DNA of 64,000 nt from Bacilli bacterium. Its GTDB lineage: Bacteria > Bacillota_I > Bacilli_A > RF39 > UBA660. The stretch's first letter is position 1. Every line of letters begins with the position of its first letter. The position numbers and the translations under genes are program-made. The notes below the pieces were generated by a model. That model saw nothing but the letters and a program-made list of their open reading frames with translations, was not told where the DNA came from and made no database searches. Below are positions 19,164 to 27,111 of this stretch, piece by piece. The stretch is from positions 134,793 to 198,792 of the forward strand of contig JAFSEX010000005.1 in NCBI GenBank assembly GCA_017435465.1. The letters run 5' to 3'.

Positions 19164-20831
19164 ATGATTGAAATAGCAGCATCACGTGTTAAAAAAAATT
19201 TTGGTTTCAAAAATGTTTTTGACTCTTTTGATTTAGAGGTTTCTACTGGTGAAAGAGTTGGTTTAATTGGCCCAAACGGATGTGGTAAATCTACTTTATT
19301 TAAACTAATAACGAAAGAAGAAACACCTGACTCTGGAATAATTACAATTAGAAAAGGTGCTAAAATAGGCTTTCTTTCACAAATGCCTTTTATTGATAAT
19401 AATGAAACGACAGTAAGGGAACTATTAAATTCAACTTTTAAAGATACTTATGATATTGCGACAGAAATGAAACGATTAGAAGAAAAAATGGGAATTGCTG
19501 ATAGTAAAGAATTAGAAAAGATATTAGACAGGTATGGTGTTTTACAACAAAGATTTGTTGATTTGGATGGTTATTCTATTGATTCAAAAATAAATGAAAT
19601 ATGTAATAAATTTAAAATTAATCATAATTTATTAGATAGACCATTTTTAAGTTTATCTGGTGGTGAAAAAACAATAGTCGGTTTTGCAACAATTATGCTC
19701 TCAAATCCAGATATTTTGCTTCTTGATGAACCAACCAATAATTTAGATATTGATACTTTAGAGTGGTTAGAAAAATATTTAAAAAATTATAGTGGAACAA
19801 TTATTATGAGCTCACATGATAGATATTTCTTAGATAAAGTAGCAAATAAAATAGTTTTAATCGAAAGGGGAAAATCAGAAATATTTTATGGGAATTATTC
19901 CTATTATCTAGAAGAAAACGAAAGAAGAACTTTATCTGAGTTTGAACAATATAAAGATCAACAAAAGATGATTGAGGCAATGAAAAAGAAAATAAAGCAA
20001 TTACAAGAATTCGGACGACTTGCTGCACCAAGCGGAGAATCATTTTTTAAAAGAGCAGCAAGTATACAAAAAAGGTTAGATAAAATAGAACTGTTAAATA
20101 AACCAGAAGAACAAAAAGAAATACCGTTAAATTTCCAAATGAATAACAGATCAGGGAAACAAGTGTTATTAATAAATAATCTTGATTTGAATATTGGTGA
20201 TAAAAATTTACTTAAAGATACTGAATTTAGTATTTATTTTAAAGATAAAATATGTTTGATGGGTAAAAATGGTTGTGGAAAATCAACATTAATAAAACAT
20301 ATAATTAATTTATATAATAATTCTGATAAAAGTGATGATGCAAATGTTAAAATAGGTAGCAATGTTTTAATAGGATATATCCCACAAATTATTGATTTTA
20401 AAAATAATAATGCAACTGTATTAGATGTTGCTAGAAAATATTTTAATGGAACTGAAACATATTTGAGAGCATCATTAGCAAAATTTATGTTTAATGGTGA
20501 TAATGTATTTAAAAAAGTAGGAAATCTTTCCGGTGGTGAAAAAATTCGATTAAAATTATTTGAACTTATGCAACAAAATATTAATTTTTTAATAATGGAT
20601 GAGCCAACTAATCATATTGATATAACAACCAAGGAAGTGTTGGAAAATTCCTTAAATGAATTTCAAGGAACAATTTTATTTATATCACATGATAGATATT
20701 TTATTAATGAACTGGCAAAAAAGATATTGTGCATTGATAATCAAACAATTACTGAATATTTAGGTAATTATGATGATTATAAAATAATAAAAGAAAAACA
20801 ATTAATTAGAGAAAAGAAATCTAGTAAATAA
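19164..20831 (+). CDS. ABC-F family ATPase (two ABC domains, no TMD)
   Basis: Two Walker A motifs (GPNGCGKST; GKNGCGKST), two LSGGE signatures, a charged inter-domain linker and SHDRYF motifs. Confidence 0.85.
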   Translation: MIEIAASRVKKNFGFKNVFDSFDLEVSTGERVGLIGPNGCGKSTLFKLITKEETPDSGIITIRKGAKIGFLSQMPFIDNNETTVRELLNSTFKDTYDIATEMKRLEEKMGIADSKELEKILDRYGVLQQRFVDLDGYSIDSKINEICNKFKINHNLLDRPFLSLSGGEKTIVGFATIMLSNPDILLLDEPTNNLDIDTLEWLEKYLKNYSGTIIMSSHDRYFLDKVANKIVLIERGKSEIFYGNYSYYLEENERRTLSEFEQYKDQQKMIEAMKKKIKQLQEFGRLAAPSGESFFKRAASIQKRLDKIELLNKPEEQKEIPLNFQMNNRSGKQVLLINNLDLNIGDKNLLKDTEFSIYFKDKICLMGKNGCGKSTLIKHIINLYNNSDKSDDANVKIGSNVLIGYIPQIIDFKNNNATVLDVARKYFNGTETYLRASLAKFMFNGDNVFKKVGNLSGGEKIRLKLFELMQQNINFLIMDEPTNHIDITTKEVLENSLNEFQGTILFISHDRYFINELAKKILCIDNQTITEYLGNYDDYKIIKEKQLIREKKSSK

Positions 20832-20852
20832 TTATTGAACTACTAGATTTCT
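20815..20852. terminator. Bidirectional terminator hairpin
   Basis: agaaatctagta / tactagatttct is a perfect 12-bp stem with a 14-nt loop. It overlaps the ABC-F stop codon. Confidence 0.6.
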
Positions 20853-20918
20853 TTGTTAACACATTACTGCTTAAATATTTATATTATATTATTTTATTTA
20901 TAAATAATGATTGAATTA

Positions 20919-20969
20919 TTAATATATATCAACAAAATTTGATATATAAAAAATTTCTCTTTTACTCAT
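20919..20969 (-). CDS. 16-codon sORF (MSKREIFYISNFVDIY) behind a strong SD
   Basis: On the minus strand: aggaaggtggtgg-tttt-ATG. It lies downstream of the right inverted-repeat copy and a TATAAT-like box. Coding status is unproven. Confidence 0.3.
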   Translation of the reverse strand: MSKREIFYISNFVDIY

Positions 20970-21006
20970 AAAACCACCACCTTCCTAGTATCAATAGATA
21001 AAAGAA

Positions 21007-21037
21007 AGGGAAAGCATCTGACTTTTCAAATGTATCC
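21007..21037 (-). repeat. Right copy of the inverted repeat with a hairpin
   Basis: The minus strand reads ggatacatttga-aaag-tcagatgctttccct. The stem catttga/tcagatg is kept through a U-A to U-G change. Confidence 0.5.
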
Positions 21038-21212
21038 ATATACATTATATAATATTATTGTTAACTGGTAAATAACTTTCACGAAATTTAGCGAACTTTT
21101 GTTCTGATGACAAAAAAATTAAATTTATATCAATACAAAAACTTATTAACCCCTTTAAAAATAAGTCTTTTTAATATATAATGTAAATATAAGAAAGGAA
21201 TAAAGTGGTAGT

Positions 21213-21491
21213 ATGAAAAAATTTAAAACTATCGAAGATTTATATAAAACAGTTTTCCCTGCACTAAAATCTAGAAAAGAAGATTTACATAGAGAAAAAT
21301 ATGTAATGGTAACTGAAGATGATATTTGGAATTATTTAGTTGAAACGAATTGGATAGATTCAGAAAATTTAGAATTATCAACAATAATTGATGATATTTT
21401 AAATGTAGATGGATATAAAGTAAGTCAATATGTTAAAGATAAAATGAATTCAAAAGAAAGATATTTATATTTTAAAGGTAATGAAGAATAA
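21213..21491 (+). CDS. ComN-like post-transcriptional regulator
   Basis: 92-aa protein immediately upstream of secDF, as B. subtilis comN (yrzD) is. ..EDDIWNYL...W motif. Confidence 0.5.
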   Translation: MKKFKTIEDLYKTVFPALKSRKEDLHREKYVMVTEDDIWNYLVETNWIDSENLELSTIIDDILNVDGYKVSQYVKDKMNSKERYLYFKGNEE

Positions 21492-21741
21492 TTTAAAATC
21501 TATTTTATTTTCAATTGTTTTCACAATATTATTTATCTTAATGATACTTATTGAATTACCAAGTTTATTAAACTATATAAAATATAAAGACATTTTAAAT
21601 ATAGTTCTATCATCATCACTAATTTTAATTGCAGCAACTGGATTATATATATCAATAATATATGGAATAGTAAAAATTTTAAATACTAAAAGTAAGAAAA
21701 CTCGAGGAGGAAGTAAAAATGGCAAAAAAAAGAAAAAATAA
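21481..21741 (+). CDS. small membrane protein with a Lys-rich tail
   Basis: Two predicted TM helices. Overlaps the comN-like stop and the secDF start. Confidence 0.4.
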   Translation: MKNNLKSILFSIVFTILFILMILIELPSLLNYIKYKDILNIVLSSSLILIAATGLYISIIYGIVKILNTKSKKTRGGSKNGKKKKK

Positions 21742-24031
21742 AAAGACAAAATTAGGGGTATTAATTATTTCTTTAATTATAATAGTTGCTTCTATTGTTG
21801 CGATAATGGTTCCATTATTCAAAAGTCTAAGTTTTGGATTAGACTTACAAGGTGGATTTGAAGTATTGTATCAATTAGAAAGTTTAGATGGAAAATCTAA
21901 AGTAACAACTGATATGGCAAATGCTACATATAAAACATTAACTAGAAGAATAGATGTTTTAGGTGTATCAGAACCAGAAATAGTTATTGAAGGAAACGAT
22001 AAAATAAGAGTTAAATTAGCAGGAATTAAAAATCCAGATGAAGCAAGAAAAATTTTAGGAACTCAAGCAAGTTTAACATTTAGAGATACATCAGATAATT
22101 TACTTATGAATGCAGATGTATTGAAAAGTGGTGGAGCTAAAGCTGCAAGAGATGAAAATGGACTTCCAGTTGTTAGCTTAAGTGTAAAAGATAAAGATGA
22201 ATTTTACAAACAAACATTAGCTGTTAGTCAAAAATCAGATAATAGAATTGTTATTTGGTTAGATTTTGATCCTGAAAAAAACAGTTTCTTTAGTGAACAA
22301 ACAAAATGTGGACAAGATAGTTCAAGTTGTTTATCTGCGGCAACTGTAAGTCAAGGTTTCGCATCTGATGTAATTATTCAAGGTAATTTTACTAATGAAG
22401 AAGTTACAAGTTTAGTAGAATTAATAAATAGTGGTAGCATGCCAACAAAACTTACAGAAATTTCATCAAGAACTGTAGATGCATCATTTGGTGAAGATTC
22501 ACTAAATAAAACACTAATTGCAGGAACAATTGGAATTGGACTTATAATTATTACATTAACTTTAATTTATAGATTATCAGGTCTAGTAGCAAGTATAAGT
22601 ATGCTAATATATACATTCTTAGTATTTTTAACTTTCTATTTAGTTGGAGGAGTTTTAACACTTCCAGGTATTGCTGCATTAGTATTAGGTATAGGTATGG
22701 CTGTAGATTCATCTGTAATTTCATTTGAAAGAATTAAAGAAGAATTATTAATAGGTAGAGATTTAAAAACTGCATTTAAAGAAGGTAATAAAAATAGTTT
22801 TTCAAGTATATTAGACGCTAACTTAACAACACTTATTGTTGCGATAATCCTATTTATATTTGGAGAAAGTAGTGTTAAAGGATTCGCAACAATGCTAATT
22901 ATTAATATATTTGTTACAATGTTTACAATGGTATTCTTAAATAGATGGGTATTATCATTATTTGTTAATACTGGTAAATTTGATAATAAATACAAATTAT
23001 TATTTGGACTTAAAAATACAAAAATAGAAAATCTAGCAAAAAACAAATCAAAACATGAAGTAATAGTAAATAGTAATATTAAATTTGATTTTGTTAAAAG
23101 TAGAAAAAAATTCTTTATAGTTACTGGATTAATATTATTAATTGGAATAATTTGTACATGTTTCTTAGGATTTAATTTAGGTGTTGACTATAAAGGTGGT
23201 TCTTCAATAACAATTTCATCATCTAATAATTTAGTTTTAAAAGATGTTAAAAAAGATTTAAAAGATATGAAATATAATGTATCTGACATCAATCATATAA
23301 ATAATAGTGAAAAAGAAGTTTATGTAAAAATTGAAGAAGTATTATCTAAAGAAGAAATAAATAGTCTATCAAATGAATTAAATGAAAAATATGAAGCAAA
23401 AACAGATATTGGTGTAGTATCAAACATTGTTAAAAAGGAATTAACAAAAAATGCAATATTATCAATTATCTTCGCATCAATTGGTGTTATAGTTTATGTA
23501 ACGTTTAGATTTACATTTAATTATGCATTCGCAGGAGTAGTTGCACTTATCCATGATGTTTTATTTATAATTGTTTTATTTAGTATATTTAGATTAGAAG
23601 TATCAACAATCTTCATTGCGGCAATTTTATCAATTATAGGATATTCAATAAATGATACAATTGTATGTTTTGATAGAATAAGAGAAAATTTAAAATTAAT
23701 GTATGATGATAAAATTAAAAATGAAAGTGAATTAATTAATGTTGTTAACACAAGTTTAAGACAAGTAATTGTAAGAAGTATTATTACTTCAATAACTACA
23801 ATTTTACCAGTAATTACTTTATTAGTATTTGGTTCACATAATATTTATACATTTAATATCGCAATGTTTATCGGTTTAATAGTAGGATGTTATTCATCAG
23901 TATTTATTGCGGCACAATTATGGTTAGAACTAGAAAAGAAAAATATTGGTAAAGAGCGTAAAAAAAGATTCTTTGAAATCGATGATGACGATGAATTAGA
24001 TGAAAAAGTTATTCATGGATTAAACAAATAA
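21719..24031 (+). CDS. secDF: protein translocase subunit SecDF (fused)
   Basis: 770 aa with 12 TM. LDLQGGFEVLYQ (SecD) and GVDYKGGSSITI (SecF) signatures. Confidence 0.9.
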   Translation: MAKKRKNKKTKLGVLIISLIIIVASIVAIMVPLFKSLSFGLDLQGGFEVLYQLESLDGKSKVTTDMANATYKTLTRRIDVLGVSEPEIVIEGNDKIRVKLAGIKNPDEARKILGTQASLTFRDTSDNLLMNADVLKSGGAKAARDENGLPVVSLSVKDKDEFYKQTLAVSQKSDNRIVIWLDFDPEKNSFFSEQTKCGQDSSSCLSAATVSQGFASDVIIQGNFTNEEVTSLVELINSGSMPTKLTEISSRTVDASFGEDSLNKTLIAGTIGIGLIIITLTLIYRLSGLVASISMLIYTFLVFLTFYLVGGVLTLPGIAALVLGIGMAVDSSVISFERIKEELLIGRDLKTAFKEGNKNSFSSILDANLTTLIVAIILFIFGESSVKGFATMLIINIFVTMFTMVFLNRWVLSLFVNTGKFDNKYKLLFGLKNTKIENLAKNKSKHEVIVNSNIKFDFVKSRKKFFIVTGLILLIGIICTCFLGFNLGVDYKGGSSITISSSNNLVLKDVKKDLKDMKYNVSDINHINNSEKEVYVKIEEVLSKEEINSLSNELNEKYEAKTDIGVVSNIVKKELTKNAILSIIFASIGVIVYVTFRFTFNYAFAGVVALIHDVLFIIVLFSIFRLEVSTIFIAAILSIIGYSINDTIVCFDRIRENLKLMYDDKIKNESELINVVNTSLRQVIVRSIITSITTILPVITLLVFGSHNIYTFNIAMFIGLIVGCYSSVFIAAQLWLELEKKNIGKERKKRFFEIDDDDELDEKVIHGLNK

Positions 24032-24035
24032 TAAT

Positions 24036-24067
24036 TTAAGAGTTCTAATAAGTTTTAGAACTCTTAA
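24036..24067 (+). terminator. secDF terminator
   Basis: ttaagagttcta/tagaactcttaa 12-bp stem followed by attttat. Confidence 0.7.
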
Positions 24068-24135
24068 ATTTTATATAAAAGAATATAAAATTTAATAAAT
24101 TTATTGTATAATATATTTATATTGGAGGATTTAAT

Positions 24136-25344
24136 ATGGAAAAGAAAAAAAGGGTTTTAATGGGTATACTAATAATAATTATTATACTAATATTAGGAAC
24201 TATTTTATATTTAATGTTTAATAAAACTAAATATAATTATGAAGATTATATTTATAAAATACATTATTTTGAAGACTATGTACCTGGATATAATCATGAT
24301 ATTTATTTTCTTAAAGATAAAAAAATTAAAGTTATTTCTAATCCTGGATGTAGTATTCCAAATTGCAAAGTTGAATCTAAAACAACATATGTAAATTTTT
24401 CTAACAAAAATATTGAAATAATTTGGAATTGGGCTAAAAATATAATGAATAATACAAATTATATGGAAATATTATCATCAAATATAGATAATGATACTAA
24501 AAACATAATTGATAGTATTATATATAATAATGAAAAATATTTAGATAAATCAAATACTACTAAATATAAAGAGATTCATTTTAAAGATTATAAAATTATT
24601 AATAATGATTTAGAAATTATAAAAGAACAAAGTTTTAAGTTAAAAATAAAAGATCATATTATTTATATTAATAATGTTAAAACTAATATTCAAAATGATT
24701 ATGATGAATTTTATGTGGTTGATATTGATAATGATAATATAAAAGAAATAATTACAAGAACAACAACAAAGGATGTTTCACCATTTACTAATAATTATCA
24801 TATATATAAATATTTTACTGATAATAATTATTTTGAAGAGATTGTTACAATTTCAATTATGGGAAGTATAAATTCTTTTTATGTAAATGGTCCAGATATA
24901 AAAGTAGTATATAATCCTTTTGAGCCAAAAGAAGATTATATTGAGGAAAAGCATTATCAATTTATATCTGAAGATTACGAAATTAGTATTAAACCAATAT
25001 ATTTATATCAAACACCAAATAGTTTAATTTTATATAAAAATAATTATTTGATAACTAAATCATTTGATACTTCAAATTATAAAAATATGATTCATCATTT
25101 TAATAATTATTACATTGATATTAATGCTATTAAAAATAATATAATAAAACAAGATTTAAAAGAAGAATATTTAAAATGTGATGTTACTGAAATTGATGGG
25201 AAATTAGAAGAAGCATGTTACGTTTTTTATGCTGTTAAATTTAAAAATGATGATAAAGAATATTATTTGAATAAAGATAGTTCTGTACTTAATGATATTA
25301 TAAATAAATTAAATTATACTGATCAAATTTGGTATGTAAACTAG
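24136..25344 (+). CDS. membrane-anchored hypothetical protein
   Basis: N-terminal TM anchor (VLMGILIIIIILILGTILYLMF) followed by a 370-aa extracytoplasmic part. No known motif. Confidence 0.5.
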   Translation: MEKKKRVLMGILIIIIILILGTILYLMFNKTKYNYEDYIYKIHYFEDYVPGYNHDIYFLKDKKIKVISNPGCSIPNCKVESKTTYVNFSNKNIEIIWNWAKNIMNNTNYMEILSSNIDNDTKNIIDSIIYNNEKYLDKSNTTKYKEIHFKDYKIINNDLEIIKEQSFKLKIKDHIIYINNVKTNIQNDYDEFYVVDIDNDNIKEIITRTTTKDVSPFTNNYHIYKYFTDNNYFEEIVTISIMGSINSFYVNGPDIKVVYNPFEPKEDYIEEKHYQFISEDYEISIKPIYLYQTPNSLILYKNNYLITKSFDTSNYKNMIHHFNNYYIDINAIKNNIIKQDLKEEYLKCDVTEIDGKLEEACYVFYAVKFKNDDKEYYLNKDSSVLNDIINKLNYTDQIWYVN

Positions 25345-25366
25345 TAATGAAGGTAGGTGAAAAATC

Positions 25367-27103
25367 ATGAAATTATTTAAACTCTTAAAAGAACAATGGA
25401 AATATATGAAAGATGACAAAGGAAAAATAATATACGCAATAATACTTACACTTCTTGCATCTCTAATAGGTATAACTTATGGATATTTAATAGGGGCGGC
25501 AACAGAAGCAATAACAGAAAAAGATTTAAGAAGTGCAACTATGTATTTATTAATATATATAGGTACAAGTATTATTTGTCATTTAATATTACATAGAGGA
25601 AGTAGTAAGGCATTTAATAAAATAAGAATCAATTTAACAAAGAAAATGGGACTTGCATTATACAATAAAACTTTAATGCTTCCATCACGTGCTTTTGAAG
25701 AAAAGAAATCTGGAGAAATAATTAATAGAATAATAAATGATACATCAACCGTAACAGATTTATTAAAACAATTAATAAGTATGGCAATTAGAATTTTAAG
25801 TTGTATTATAATTTATATTTATATAGTTATTGAATCATGGCTAGTTGCTTTCGAAATATTAATTTTTATATTAATTACATATGTAATTTCTAAAATATTC
25901 TTACCAAAAATGAAGGAAGAAAATAAAAAAATTCAAGAAGAAAAAGACAATTGTATTTTAGATGTTAATCAAGGAGTACTTGGAATTAGGGAAATTAAAT
26001 CCTTAGGTAATAGAAATATTATTTTTTCAAATTTTAAAAAGTTAGTTGCTAAAACTTTTAAAGATCAAAATACTTTAGCTGATTATGAAGTAAATTATAA
26101 TCAAACAATTTATACATTAAATTCAATATTTGAAGCTTTAGTATTTCTTACATGTGGATTTTTAATATTTTATGATAAAGCATCAATTACTTTTTTTATC
26201 GCAATGACTTATTATGTATATAGATTTATTTATATAACAGAATTGTTTTCTCAAATAAGTACATCATATCAAAAAGTCGTTGTTTCAATGGAAAGAATTA
26301 GTGAAATATTAGATAATAAACTATATAATGATGAAAAATTTGGTGACGTTGATACTAAAGAAATTAAAGGTAATATTACTTTTAAAGATGTGGATTTTGG
26401 ATATGAAAAAGACAATTTGATGTTAAGGGATTTTAATTTGGAATTAGAAACAAATAAAAAAATAGCGATAGTAGGTAAAAGTGGTGGAGGAAAAACTACA
26501 TTATTCAATTTACTACTTAGATTATTTGATCCAATACAAGGTGATATATTTATTGATGATATAAATATCCGTGATTTTAATGAAGAAACTCTAAGAAGTC
26601 ATATTTCAATAATTAGACAAGATCCATTCTTGTTTAATAAAACAATATTAGAAAATTTTAAAATTGTAAATCCAGATATAACATTAGATGAAGTTAGAGA
26701 TTTTTGTAAGAAGGCGTGTATCGATGAATATATAGTGAGTTTAGAAAAACAATATGATACTTTAATTGGTGAAGGTGGAGTAAACTTATCTGGTGGACAA
26801 AAACAAAGATTAGCAATTGCAAGAACTCTAATGAAAAACAGTAAAATCATATTATTTGATGAAGCTACAAGTGCGCTAGATAATGAAAGTCAAGAATATA
26901 TTAAACATACAATAGATGAACTTGCTAAAAACCATACTGTAATAATAATCGCACATAGATTATCAACAATAAAAGATGCTGATAAAATATATTTAATAGA
27001 TAATGGACAAGTTATCGCAAGTGGTAAGCATGATTATCTATTGAAAAATAATAAAATATATAAGAAACTTTATAATCCAGAACAAATAGAATTAAATATA
27101 TAA
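25367..27103 (+). CDS. ABC exporter, fused permease/ATPase (MsbA/multidrug type)
   Basis: Six-TM N-domain, GKSGGGKTT Walker A, LSGGQKQRLAIAR, ILFDEATSALD. Confidence 0.85.
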   Translation: MKLFKLLKEQWKYMKDDKGKIIYAIILTLLASLIGITYGYLIGAATEAITEKDLRSATMYLLIYIGTSIICHLILHRGSSKAFNKIRINLTKKMGLALYNKTLMLPSRAFEEKKSGEIINRIINDTSTVTDLLKQLISMAIRILSCIIIYIYIVIESWLVAFEILIFILITYVISKIFLPKMKEENKKIQEEKDNCILDVNQGVLGIREIKSLGNRNIIFSNFKKLVAKTFKDQNTLADYEVNYNQTIYTLNSIFEALVFLTCGFLIFYDKASITFFIAMTYYVYRFIYITELFSQISTSYQKVVVSMERISEILDNKLYNDEKFGDVDTKEIKGNITFKDVDFGYEKDNLMLRDFNLELETNKKIAIVGKSGGGKTTLFNLLLRLFDPIQGDIFIDDINIRDFNEETLRSHISIIRQDPFLFNKTILENFKIVNPDITLDEVRDFCKKACIDEYIVSLEKQYDTLIGEGGVNLSGGQKQRLAIARTLMKNSKIILFDEATSALDNESQEYIKHTIDELAKNHTVIIIAHRLSTIKDADKIYLIDNGQVIASGKHDYLLKNNKIYKKLYNPEQIELNI

Positions 27104-27111
27104 AGAATTGA

